NCBI GenBank assembly: GCA_902563505.1 | Contig: CACEXK010000003.1 | Location: 19,076 to 83,075 of the forward strand | DNA length: 64,000 nt | Direction: 5' to 3' | Origin: an uncultured Alphaproteobacteria bacterium | GTDB taxonomy: Bacteria > Pseudomonadota > Alphaproteobacteria > Methylaequorales > Methylaequoraceae | In this document: positions 16,952 to 25,933 of the stretch, piece by piece | Numbering within the stretch: position 1 is the first letter of the stretch | How the letters are laid out: each line of letters starts with the position of its first letter | Notes under the pieces: model-generated | The model's database searches: none | The model's input: the letters and a program-made list of their open reading frames with translations, nothing else | What the model was told of the DNA's origin: nothing | Translations under genes and position numbers: made by a program

Positions 16952-17512
16952 TTACTTCCATTTTATACTGCAACCTGAACTTGGGTATTGTTTTTTGGGT
17001 CCTTCGCCAGTTTTGGAAATTTGAATCATGGCATTTAATAAATCATTTTTTTGATCAACAAATTCTAATTCTTTCATCATTGAAATTCTTCCTCTGTATT
17101 GTAGATTTTTTTTTTTATTGTAACCAAAAAAATCTGGCGTACAAACTGCATCAAATAATTTTGCGATTTTTTGAGATTCATCAATTAAGTAAGGAAAATC
17201 AAAAAAGTTTTTTTTTGAAAAATCAAGCATTTTTTCAAAACTATCCTCGGGGTATTTTTTTGTATCATTAGGCATAATGGCAACTGAATTGATATTATAT
17301 TTTTTCAATTCTTTTGATGTGGCAACTAATCTATCAATAATTGCCTTCACATATGGGCAATGATTACAAATAAAGAATATCAAAGTACCATTTTCCCCAC
17401 ACAAATCTTTATCGGAGTAGAATTTACCGTCTACATTTTTTAAAAAAAAGTTTGGCATTTTTTTGCCATATTCACAAATTGATGAATTTAGTAAAACCAT
17501 ATTACTCTCCAA
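16952..17512 (-). CDS. Thioredoxin-fold (AhpC/TSA-like) protein
   Basis: It has a CxxC-type motif (FFICNHCPYVKA) and a redoxin-like length and layout. Confidence 0.7.
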   Translation of the reverse strand: MESNMVLLNSSICEYGKKMPNFFLKNVDGKFYSDKDLCGENGTLIFFICNHCPYVKAIIDRLVATSKELKKYNINSVAIMPNDTKKYPEDSFEKMLDFSKKNFFDFPYLIDESQKIAKLFDAVCTPDFFGYNKKKNLQYRGRISMMKELEFVDQKNDLLNAMIQISKTGEGPKKQYPSSGCSIKWK

Positions 17513-17915
17513 TTAAATGAAAAAAAACTTCTCTTTGTTTACTAGCATTTCTATGCTCAAGCAAGAAAATTCCTTGCCATGTGCCTAGGACAAGAATATT
17601 TTTCTTCACACTGATTGTGAGATTTGTCTGGGTTAAGAGGCTTTTAAGATGTGCAGGCATATCATCCGGGCCTTCTGAATTATGATAATACTCTTTTTCT
17701 GGTGCAATTTTATCAAGAAAGTCTTTGATATCCAGCATTACTGAATTATCAGCATTTTCCTGTATCATTAATGAACAGCTGGTATGAAGCACACTCAAAT
17801 TAACTAGTCCTTGGCTGACATTACTTTTGCTTAGAATTTCATTAATATTTTCAGTAATATTTATAATTTCAAAAGGTTTAGTTTTTAAAATAATTTTTTT
17901 AATAATTTGTTTCAT
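17502..17915 (-). CDS. yjbQ: YjbQ/UPF0047 family protein (secondary thiamine-phosphate synthase-like)
   Basis: Family-typical blocks are present: ...HTSCSLMIQENADNSV..., ...DDMPAHLKSLLTQTNLTISV...LGTWQGIFLLEHR... Confidence 0.8.
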   Translation of the reverse strand: MKQIIKKIILKTKPFEIINITENINEILSKSNVSQGLVNLSVLHTSCSLMIQENADNSVMLDIKDFLDKIAPEKEYYHNSEGPDDMPAHLKSLLTQTNLTISVKKNILVLGTWQGIFLLEHRNASKQREVFFHLIGE

Positions 17916-17977
17916 TTTTCAGGTTAGTTGCTAAGATAACTATGTTTATATATTATATTTACAAGAGGGAATAAAAA

Positions 17978-18079
17978 ATGGCAAAAAAAAAAAAGGTAAC
18001 TATCGATCCTAAAAAAGTCAAAAAGGAAGATCTACAAAATGTTTTTTCCAAAGTACTAGATAAACTCAAGTCTAGTTAG
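17978..18079 (+). CDS. Possible 33-aa lysine-rich small protein
   Basis: My own translation gives MAKKKKVTIDPKKVKKEDLQNVFSKVLDKLKSS. It is preceded by AGAGGGA about 8 nt upstream. It falls below the 60-aa cut-off of the supplied ORF track. Confidence 0.35.
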   Translation: MAKKKKVTIDPKKVKKEDLQNVFSKVLDKLKSS

Positions 18080-18084
18080 TAGTT

Positions 18085-18222
18085 ATGGAGAAAATATGGA
18101 TTGAGTGTCAGAAATGTGGCTCGATCTTTTGGGTTTTTTCAAGTGAGATTGGATCAGTTTATCCAAAATCAAGCGTTGACTACCAGATTTGTTCTGCCTG
18201 CGAGCGTGAGCAAAAAAAATAA
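18085..18222 (+). CDS. Possible 45-aa zinc-ribbon small protein
   Basis: My own translation gives MEKIWIECQKCGSIFWVFSSEIGSVYPKSSVDYQICSACEREQKK, with two CxxC pairs 24 residues apart. It starts 5 nt after the preceding small ORF. It competes with the track ORF 18101-18286 in another frame. Confidence 0.45.
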   Translation: MEKIWIECQKCGSIFWVFSSEIGSVYPKSSVDYQICSACEREQKK

Positions 18223-18240
18223 AATGGCCATAAACTTAAT

Positions 18241-18504
18241 ATGTATGAGTACCTCTTATCAATTAAAGATCAAGCAGGCTTCCTAATAACATTAATAAAG
18301 TTTTTCATTTACTTTTGCATAGGGGCATTATTAATTTTCTTAATAAGAAAAATAGTAAAGATCCTCCAATTTTTTTTTTACAAATTTAATAAAGATTTTT
18401 TTTTGGAAAAACTAAGTTTTCTTTTCAATCTGATAATTTTTGTAATAATCTCTACGATAATTGGTTGGGTTTTAATTTTATTAATTACGGAAAAGATTTT
18501 TTAG
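18241..18504 (+). CDS. Small membrane protein (87 aa, 2-3 TM segments)
   Basis: The ORF has long hydrophobic stretches and lies directly upstream of, and on the same strand as, the O-antigen-ligase-like gene. Confidence 0.4.
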   Translation: MYEYLLSIKDQAGFLITLIKFFIYFCIGALLIFLIRKIVKILQFFFYKFNKDFFLEKLSFLFNLIIFVIISTIIGWVLILLITEKIF

Positions 18505-18508
18505 AATT

Positions 18509-19729
18509 ATGAGTATATTACCAAATATTTCTTCTTTTTTGATTGGCTTTAGCTATTCATTTCTTCTCTATAATAAAATTGCATTTGGAATCAGTTTAGT
18601 CGGAGGAACAATTATATTAATGATTTATAAAAAATGTTTAACACTAAATATTTTTAATCAAAAAAAAGAGATTAATTTTATACTTATTTCTCTGATTATA
18701 TCATTTTTAATATCCTGTGGTGTTTCAATCGAACATGATAGATCAGTTCTTGTAGTTATATATTTTTTTTTGTTTTTATTATTGAGTTCCAATCTCAATC
18801 TATGTTTTAATTTAGATAAAGAGATTTTTGAGAAAACCTTATTTTTTTTTACTATAAGTATAATACTTAATATTACATACATTTGTTTCTTCAACCTATA
18901 CCAATCTGGAATTTTAACAGGAACTTTCTTTGAAATTAACTTCAGTGATACTGAAGGAAAGTTTTTTTTATATGAAATTATAAAATTTAAAGGAGTAATG
19001 AATATTATTTCCATCTTAGTCTTGCTTTTACCTTTTTTTAGGAATTCTTCAAATTATTTTTATTTAATCTTATTATTAATACCTTCACTAATTTTAAGTA
19101 ACTCTAATTCATCAATATTTGGAATTTTGTTAGGAATAATTTTGTGTCTTTTTCTATTTATTTTAAAAAAAACAAAAAAACAAAAACAAATAATCATAAG
19201 TTTCTTTACTTTGGGAATAATCACACTTTCAATTTTAATAAAAAACCTACCAACACAATTAGAATCTGAATCAATAAAGAATTATGATTTCAAAATACCA
19301 ATTTCTTTAATTGATGCGCATCGACAATTTATATGGGCTTTTTCAATCTCAAGAATAAAAGAGAAAGCTGTGTTTGGTTATGGTCCTGATACATCAAATT
19401 TTATTGAAGGAAGCCAAGAAATTATTGGAAATTACTATACAGGAACTATGAAATATATTCCCAGTCATCCTCACAATTTCTTATTAGAATTAATTTTGGA
19501 GGTTGGAATTATAGGAACAACTGCATTTATAATATTTATTATATTGTTGAATTTTAACATTTTTAGAATCTCTAATATTAGGCAACAGTATTTCTTGATA
19601 TTTTTTAATGGATATTTCTGGGGATCATCACTGGTTAATTTTTCATTTTGGCTGGGATGGTGGCAGGGAAGTTATTTTTTTATTCTAGCTTTGATATATT
19701 CAAAAATTTATTTAGATGAAAAACTATAA
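18509..19729 (+). CDS. Polytopic membrane protein, O-antigen ligase/polymerase (Wzy_C)-like
   Basis: It has at least 10 hydrophobic segments. A periplasmic-loop region (...GYGPDTSNF...IPSHPHNFLLELILEVGIIG) resembles the conserved H-N-x-(F/Y)-L-E block of the O-antigen ligase family. Confidence 0.6.
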   Translation: MSILPNISSFLIGFSYSFLLYNKIAFGISLVGGTIILMIYKKCLTLNIFNQKKEINFILISLIISFLISCGVSIEHDRSVLVVIYFFLFLLLSSNLNLCFNLDKEIFEKTLFFFTISIILNITYICFFNLYQSGILTGTFFEINFSDTEGKFFLYEIIKFKGVMNIISILVLLLPFFRNSSNYFYLILLLIPSLILSNSNSSIFGILLGIILCLFLFILKKTKKQKQIIISFFTLGIITLSILIKNLPTQLESESIKNYDFKIPISLIDAHRQFIWAFSISRIKEKAVFGYGPDTSNFIEGSQEIIGNYYTGTMKYIPSHPHNFLLELILEVGIIGTTAFIIFIILLNFNIFRISNIRQQYFLIFFNGYFWGSSLVNFSFWLGWWQGSYFFILALIYSKIYLDEKL

Positions 19730-20514
19730 TGAAATATTTTAAATTTGGTGAAAATTGGAGAAGCTTTTCCAGTCTAATTGACAATGATAGGCTAAATTAT
19801 TCAATTAAATCTATAAAAAAACTTACTAATAAAAAAAATCTTAAAAATTTATCATTTCTAGACATAGGTTGTGGTTCAGGACTATCTTCACTTGCTGCAA
19901 TTAAATTGCATTGTCGTGAATTATATGCCATTGATCGCGATGAAAATTCAGTCGAAACTACAAAAAAAGTGCTTTGGAATTTTCAAAAAAAGAAAGTGAA
20001 AATTGAAAAATTAAGCGTATTTGATTTGGATGAAAATAATAAATTTGATATTGTTTTTTCATGGGGCGTTTTACATCACACAGGAAATATGAAAAAAGCT
20101 ATTGAGAAATCTACAAAAATGGTATCAAAAGGAGGATTATTAATTATTTCATTGTACAAGAAAACTTTTCTTTGTAGTTTCTGGAAAATTGAAAAAATTA
20201 TTTATAAAAGTTCTCCTGTTTTTATACAAAAAATAATCAAGTTAGTTTTTATGGGTTTTTTTAGTTTAGGCTTACTATTAACTAAAAGAAATTTATCCAG
20301 TTATAAATTAGATTATAAAAATCAAAGAGGTATGAGTTTTTCACACGATGTTCATGATTGGCTTGGAGGATATCCATATGAATCTATTTCAGTAGAGGAT
20401 ACGATAAAGATATTAAAATCACATAATTTTAAATTAGTGAAATGCTTTCAAGTAAAAAAAAGAATTGGATTTTTCGGAACTGGGTGTGATGAATATGTTT
20501 TCATCAAATCATAA
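19729..20514 (+). CDS. Class I SAM-dependent methyltransferase
   Basis: Motif I (LDIGCGSGLSSLAA) and the post-I/II blocks (DIVFSWGVLHHT) are present. Its start overlaps the stop of the upstream gene (ATGA-type overlap at 19729). Confidence 0.8.
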   Translation: MKYFKFGENWRSFSSLIDNDRLNYSIKSIKKLTNKKNLKNLSFLDIGCGSGLSSLAAIKLHCRELYAIDRDENSVETTKKVLWNFQKKKVKIEKLSVFDLDENNKFDIVFSWGVLHHTGNMKKAIEKSTKMVSKGGLLIISLYKKTFLCSFWKIEKIIYKSSPVFIQKIIKLVFMGFFSLGLLLTKRNLSSYKLDYKNQRGMSFSHDVHDWLGGYPYESISVEDTIKILKSHNFKLVKCFQVKKRIGFFGTGCDEYVFIKS

Positions 20515-20523
20515 CAACATCAT

Positions 20524-21141
20524 TTAGTTTGGTTTAATTTTTCCATTTTCAAAATATTGAATTCTCTTTTTCTCATCTTGCTTACCTTTTTTGTAGTATC
20601 TTCTTTCCATTATTTGTCCATTTTTTTTATAAAACTTTAAATAATCACCACTCCTTTCATCAAACCTATAATTTATAATTTCCTTCAATCTCCCGTTATC
20701 GTAGAAATTTCTTTCTTCTCCATTTTTTAATCCATTTTTATATGCCCTTAGAATATATAAATTGCCATTATCCAAAAAAGATCTATGATCACCATGCATC
20801 AAATTTTTCCTGTAATTAGTTATTGATTTTAAAATTCCATTTTCATAATAAGTTTTACTTAAACCACTTTTAAAACCATTATTAAAATATTCTATACTAA
20901 GTATCTGACCTGAATCAAAATAATGAATTGATTCTCTATTCCTTTTTCCCTCTAAAAAATTTTCAACCAAGTGAACTTTACCATTATCATAAAAATTTAT
21001 ACATTTTCCAGAGAAAGGAATGTCGGAAGAAGTTTTGTATTTTAAACCATCTAACAACAAGAGATTTTTACAACTTACAGTTTCTGATTTTATTTGATTT
21101 GAAAAAAGGATAAGACAAATTATTAAATAAAATCTGTTCAT
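20524..21141 (-). CDS. Secreted MORN-repeat (YwqK-like) protein
   Basis: An N-terminal signal-like segment is followed by a repeated Y(Y/F).NG.l......y..g...G pattern (e.g. YYENGILKSITNYRKNLMHGDHRSF, FYDNGRLKEIINYRFDERSGDY). Confidence 0.7.
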   Translation of the reverse strand: MNRFYLIICLILFSNQIKSETVSCKNLLLLDGLKYKTSSDIPFSGKCINFYDNGKVHLVENFLEGKRNRESIHYFDSGQILSIEYFNNGFKSGLSKTYYENGILKSITNYRKNLMHGDHRSFLDNGNLYILRAYKNGLKNGEERNFYDNGRLKEIINYRFDERSGDYLKFYKKNGQIMERRYYKKGKQDEKKRIQYFENGKIKPN

Positions 21142-21167
21142 ATAATTGATTTTATTATATTAGTATC

Positions 21168-21202
21168 GTTAATTATAATTAACAAATAATTAATTATAAT
21201 TA
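21168..21202. repeat. AT-only palindrome plus 13-bp direct repeat in the MORN-gene upstream region
   Basis: GTTAATTATAATTAAC (21168-21183) is a perfect 16-bp palindrome. TTAATTATAATTA occurs at 21169-21181 and again at 21190-21202, offset by 21 bp. Confidence 0.5.
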
Positions 21203-21240
21203 TTATAAGACTGTAAAAGTTCAAACTTTATTGTATAAAT

Positions 21241-22791
21241 TTACTCATACTCGATAGTTCCGGGCGGCTTTGATGTCAGATCATAACACACACGATTAAT
21301 CCCTTTAACCCGATTAACTATTTCAGTGGCACATAATTTCAAAAAATTATCATTAAATTTGAAGGATTCTGCGGTCATACCATCGACCGATGTCACCGCT
21401 CTTAAAATACATATTCTCTCGTAAGTTCTATCATCGCCCATTACTCCAACGGTCTTAATTGGAAGAAGCACACAAAAAGCCTGCCAAATTTTTTTATATA
21501 AACCATGTTCTTTTATTAAGTTTATAAAAATATCATCTGCTTTTTTTAGAATTTCTACATTCCTTTTTGTAACTTCTCCAAGAACTCTTATTCCCAATCC
21601 AGGTCCAGGAAAAGGATGGCGCCCAGTGAATTGCTCTGAGATATTTAACTCTTTTCCTAATTTTCTGACTTCATCTTTAAATAGTTCTCTGAGTGGCTCT
21701 AATAATTTAAATTTCAACTTTTTCGGCAATCCTCCAACATTGTGGTGAGACTTTATTGTAACTGACGAATTACCAATTTTTGAAGCAGATTCAATTACAT
21801 CGGGATAAAGTGTTCCCTGAGCTAAGAATTTAATTTCTTTATTACTCTTTGTATATTTTTCAAAATTTTTTATGAAAAGTTTGCCAATAATTTTTCTTTT
21901 TTGTTCAGGATCCTTTACTCCTCTAAGTTTCAAAAAAAACTCTTCACTACTATCAATTACATCAAGCCTAATATTATAGTTTTTGACAAATAAATTTTTT
22001 ATAATTTGCGATTCATTTTTTCTCATAAGGCCAGTATCTACAAAAACACACTTTAATTTATTTTTTATTGCTTTGTGTATAAGAATAGCAGTTACTGTCG
22101 AATCAACACCACCAGATAAACCACATATAACATGATCTTCACCAACCTTATTTCTTATATCTGCAATCATCTGATTTTTAAAACTTTTCATGTTCCAATT
22201 TTTTTTACACTTACAAATATTAATTACAAAGTTTTTTAATAATGCTGTACCTTTCAATGTATGAACTACTTCAGGGTGAAATTGCACACCAAAAACTTTG
22301 GTATTTAAATTCTGTATAATAGCATTTTTACAATCTCCACTAGAAGCAATAACATCAAAACCAACAGGTAATTGTTCAACAGAATCACTATGACTCATCC
22401 AAACTTGATATTTTTTATTTAATTTATGAGTATTTTTTGTCAAAGGAGAGAGTTTTTTGATTGTTATCTCTTGCTTGCCAAATTCTCGGTCTCCTGAAAA
22501 CTTTAATTTTCCGCCAAATTGTTTACAAATAAGTTGCAAACCATAGCAAATACCAAGAATGGGTATGTTTTTTTTATAAACGAATAAAGGTAATTTTGGT
22601 GAATTTTTATCATCAACTGATCTTGGTCCACCAGAAAAAATAAGTCCTTTAATTTCATTATCTATAAAAATTTTAGAATTCACACTATCATAAGGTATTA
22701 CTAAACTAAAAACCCCAAAATCTCTAACTCTTCTGGCTATTAATTTTGTTAGTTGAGAACCAAAGTCAATAATCAGAATTGCTTGTTTCAT
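21241..22791 (-). CDS. guaA: GMP synthase (glutamine-hydrolysing)
   Basis: It has a GATase domain (GICYGLQL...HPEV), an ATP-PPase domain (SGGVDSTV) and the conserved C-terminus ...KPPGTIEYE. Confidence 0.97.
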   Translation of the reverse strand: MKQAILIIDFGSQLTKLIARRVRDFGVFSLVIPYDSVNSKIFIDNEIKGLIFSGGPRSVDDKNSPKLPLFVYKKNIPILGICYGLQLICKQFGGKLKFSGDREFGKQEITIKKLSPLTKNTHKLNKKYQVWMSHSDSVEQLPVGFDVIASSGDCKNAIIQNLNTKVFGVQFHPEVVHTLKGTALLKNFVINICKCKKNWNMKSFKNQMIADIRNKVGEDHVICGLSGGVDSTVTAILIHKAIKNKLKCVFVDTGLMRKNESQIIKNLFVKNYNIRLDVIDSSEEFFLKLRGVKDPEQKRKIIGKLFIKNFEKYTKSNKEIKFLAQGTLYPDVIESASKIGNSSVTIKSHHNVGGLPKKLKFKLLEPLRELFKDEVRKLGKELNISEQFTGRHPFPGPGLGIRVLGEVTKRNVEILKKADDIFINLIKEHGLYKKIWQAFCVLLPIKTVGVMGDDRTYERICILRAVTSVDGMTAESFKFNDNFLKLCATEIVNRVKGINRVCYDLTSKPPGTIEYE

Positions 22792-24257
22792 TTATTTATT
22801 TGATAATTTGGTGATTCACGAGTAATTGAAATACCGTGAACATGACTTTCATTTAATCCAGCTGAAGTTATTTTAATTAATTTTGTATTTTTCTTGAAAT
22901 CTATAATAGATTTGTTCCCAGTATAACCCATTGATGCTTTTAATCCTCCAGTTAATTGTTCTATTACTTTTTCTAAAGGCCCTCTGTAAGGAACTCTACC
23001 CTCAACACCCTCTGGAACAAATTTATCAATTGAAAGAATTTCTTCTTGAAAATACCTATCTGCTGATCCTCTTCCCATCGCAGCTATTGATCCCATACCT
23101 CTATATGATTTGTATGTACGGCCGTTTGATAAAAAAACTTCGCCAGGTGCCTCATCAGTTCCAGCAAACAAAGATCCGATCATTATCACATCAGCCCCAA
23201 ATGCAATTGCTTTGGCAATATCACCAGAAAATTTAATACCACCATCTGAGATAATTGGTATTTTATTTTTCAAAGCTATCTTATGTGTTTCATAAATAGC
23301 ATGAAGTTGAGGAACTCCAACTCCTGCAACGATTCTAGTAGTACAGATAGACCCCGGTCCAATACCAACTTTCAATGAATCAGCACCAGCTTTAATCAAA
23401 TCAATTGCTGCATCTGCTGTAGCAATATTACCAACAACTACTGGCAAATTTGGATAATTTTTTTTCACTTTCCTTAAAGTATTAATTACATTTTTTGAAT
23501 GACCGTGTGCAGTATCTATTACAACCAAATCTACACCAACTTTTTCTAAACATTTAAGTCTATTTATTCCTTGCTCTTCACCAACACCTATGGCAGCACC
23601 AACCAAAAGCCTGCCCATACTATCTTTAGATGCAAAAGGGAATTTTTGTGCTTTTTCAATATCTTTTACTGTTATTAATCCAACACACTTATATTTATTA
23701 TCAACCACTAATAGTTTTTCAATTCGATGCTTGTGTAATAATTTTTTCGCAGCATCCATAGTTATGTTTTTTTTTACAGTAACTAAGTTTTCAATTGTCA
23801 TTAATGATTTAACTGTTTGATTTTTATTTTTTGCAAAACGAATGTCTCTATTTGTTAAAATACCAACTAATTTTTTACTTCCTTTTTCAACAACAGGAAT
23901 ACCAGAGATATTATTTTTTTCTTTAATCTTTAAAGCCTCACTTAGAGAATTTTCAGGAAAGATAGTAACTGGATCAACAACCATTCCAGACTCAAATCTT
24001 TTCACTTTTTTAACTTCATCAGCTTGTAATTCTTTTTTTAGATTTTTATGTATTATACCAAGTCCACCCATTTGAGACATTTTAATAGCTAAAGCTGATT
24101 CCGTAACTGTATCCATTGCAGCAGAAATAAGAGGAATTTTTAGTTTTATATTTTTTGTAAGATTAGTTGAACAATCAACATCATTGGGGTTCAACTCAGA
24201 TTTTGATGGAACTATTAGGACATCATCAAAGGTTAAAGCTTCTGTTAAATTCTTCAT
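22788..24257 (-). CDS. guaB: IMP dehydrogenase
   Basis: [10 protein letters not shown], a CBS pair, the catalytic loop [11 protein letters not shown] and ...[12 protein letters not shown]... are all present. Confidence 0.97.
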   Translation of the reverse strand: MKNLTEALTFDDVLIVPSKSELNPNDVDCSTNLTKNIKLKIPLISAAMDTVTESALAIKMSQMGGLGIIHKNLKKELQADEVKKVKRFESGMVVDPVTIFPENSLSEALKIKEKNNISGIPVVEKGSKKLVGILTNRDIRFAKNKNQTVKSLMTIENLVTVKKNITMDAAKKLLHKHRIEKLLVVDNKYKCVGLITVKDIEKAQKFPFASKDSMGRLLVGAAIGVGEEQGINRLKCLEKVGVDLVVIDTAHGHSKNVINTLRKVKKNYPNLPVVVGNIATADAAIDLIKAGADSLKVGIGPGSICTTRIVAGVGVPQLHAIYETHKIALKNKIPIISDGGIKFSGDIAKAIAFGADVIMIGSLFAGTDEAPGEVFLSNGRTYKSYRGMGSIAAMGRGSADRYFQEEILSIDKFVPEGVEGRVPYRGPLEKVIEQLTGGLKASMGYTGNKSIIDFKKNTKLIKITSAGLNESHVHGISITRESPNYQINK

Positions 24258-24295
24258 AAAATAATTTAATCTAATATTTAAAAATATGAAACAAA

Positions 24296-24943
24296 TTATT
24301 TTTTTTTTGCAACCAAGTATATTTCAGCAGACACAACTCTTGATGCTTTTGGTTTAAAATACTTTATTGTATTAAGATTTTTTTTCATTTTTTCAATCAA
24401 TTCTCCTTGTGCACCACCTTGAAATATTTTTGAAACTAAAATACCATCTTTATCTAAAATTTCATTTGCGATTTCTAAAACTCTTTCTACCAAACTTACT
24501 ATTCTTATATGATCTAGATTTTTGTTTCCAGATGAGTTTGGGGACATATCACTCATTAAAAGATCAATTTTTTTGTTATCAAAAAAATCCTTAATTTTGT
24601 TTATTATCTCAGCATCAAAAATATCTTTTTTTAAAAATGTTATATTAGGTAACTTCTTCAGATCAATTATATCAATTCCTAGAATCTTGCAGTTATTTGG
24701 ACTGAATTTATCAGCAATTTGCAACCAACCACCTGGTGAACAACCTAAATCTAAAATACTTTTTCTAGATCCTAAGAAATTAAATTTTTCATTTATTTGA
24801 ATTAATTTATATGAAGATCTTGATCTAAATCCATCTATTTTAGCCCTAATATAATATTCATCGTTTAACTGTCTTCTAAGCCAGCGGTTACTCGATTCTT
24901 TTTTTTGTTTTTTTTTAAGAATTCTTTCTTTCATATTTTTCAT
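24296..24943 (-). CDS. rlmE: 23S rRNA (uridine-2'-O)-methyltransferase RlmE/FtsJ
   Basis: Recognised from ...WLRRQLNDEYY...RSRSSYKLIQINEKF...LDLGCSPGGWLQ... Confidence 0.9.
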   Translation of the reverse strand: MKNMKERILKKKQKKESSNRWLRRQLNDEYYIRAKIDGFRSRSSYKLIQINEKFNFLGSRKSILDLGCSPGGWLQIADKFSPNNCKILGIDIIDLKKLPNITFLKKDIFDAEIINKIKDFFDNKKIDLLMSDMSPNSSGNKNLDHIRIVSLVERVLEIANEILDKDGILVSKIFQGGAQGELIEKMKKNLNTIKYFKPKASRVVSAEIYLVAKKK

Positions 24944-25847
24944 GAATTTCAGTGATAATAGCGTCTCTTAAACTATTTTGGGTTACAATTAATTTTTTTA
25001 CCGGAACTATCTTAATTATCTGCTTTAAAATAAAAATTCCGTTACTTAAAAGTTCATGATTACTTCCAATGCACGGATGATTTATCATATCCGATACAGA
25101 CATTTTTTCTATATACTTGATTGTATTTTCAAGGTCTTCAATTTTCATTTCAAAGCCTTCAATCTTTTGAGGATCATAAAAACTTAAATTTAAAAAAACT
25201 GAACAAATTGAAGTGACAGTACTGCAAGAGCCAATAGTTACAAACTTTTGGTTATTATTTTTAAAAATTTGATTAAATTGACTAAAATGTTTTTGCAGAA
25301 GATTTTCGACATATATCTTACTAAAAATTTCTTTTTTTTCTGTTAGATTAATCACTCCATAAGAAATTGATCTAGTTTTATAGTCTGAAGAATGATTTTT
25401 AAAATAAGTGAGTTCAGTGCTACCTCCGCCAATATCAAAAATGAAACCATCTCCATTTATTTTTTTTACATACATTTCACTACTCTGGAGTGAAAGTCTT
25501 GCTTCTTCATTAGATGAAATAATTTCAACACTTAAACCAGTTTTTTCTTTTACTTTTTTCAAAAAATAATCTGGATTGGTAACACTCCTACAAGCCTCAG
25601 TAGCAATACATCTATAATCGATTACATTGTATTTTTTTAATTTTTTTGAAAAATTTTCGAGGCATTTAATAGTTTTTGATATATTATCTTCATTAAATTC
25701 ATTATTATAGGAAAGGTTTTTTATTAAGTTTGTGGGCAAAGAAAAGTTACTCAGAACTTTAGGAATTTTCCCAGATTTTTCTGCAATTAGGAGTCTGCAA
25801 TTGTAGCTTCCAATATCAATAGCTCCAAATTTATTCTTTTTTTTCAA
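24915..25847 (-). CDS. ppx: Ppx/GppA-family phosphatase
   Basis: It has an N-terminal actin-like ATPase fold (GAIDIGSYNCRLLIAE, ...FDIGGGSTELT...). The ppx-rlmE adjacency is common in Alphaproteobacteria. Confidence 0.85.
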   Translation of the reverse strand: MKKKNKFGAIDIGSYNCRLLIAEKSGKIPKVLSNFSLPTNLIKNLSYNNEFNEDNISKTIKCLENFSKKLKKYNVIDYRCIATEACRSVTNPDYFLKKVKEKTGLSVEIISSNEEARLSLQSSEMYVKKINGDGFIFDIGGGSTELTYFKNHSSDYKTRSISYGVINLTEKKEIFSKIYVENLLQKHFSQFNQIFKNNNQKFVTIGSCSTVTSICSVFLNLSFYDPQKIEGFEMKIEDLENTIKYIEKMSVSDMINHPCIGSNHELLSNGIFILKQIIKIVPVKKLIVTQNSLRDAIITEIHEKYERKNS

Positions 25848-25933
25848 TGCATCAAGACTTTATAAAATTAAACTTTATATTATTAACTATTAAATATTAT
25901 ATCAAAAAACTTACTTTTTAAATATTTAGAAAA

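Noticed and set aside
17971-17995. Long A/T homopolymers within or near coding regions (for example the A-runs at about 17983-17994 and many K-rich stretches) as additional phase-variation sites.
   Set aside because: A/T runs are pervasive in this AT-rich, lysine-rich genome, and none of them interrupts a reading frame. Only the G11 tract at 44532-44542 coincides with a frameshift.
18101-18286. Track ORF of 61 aa (MSVRNVARSFGFFQV...).
   Set aside because: It has a non-ATG start and no motif, and it overlaps both the better-supported zinc-ribbon micro-ORF (18085-18222) and the start of the 87-aa membrane ORF. It is probably not coding.
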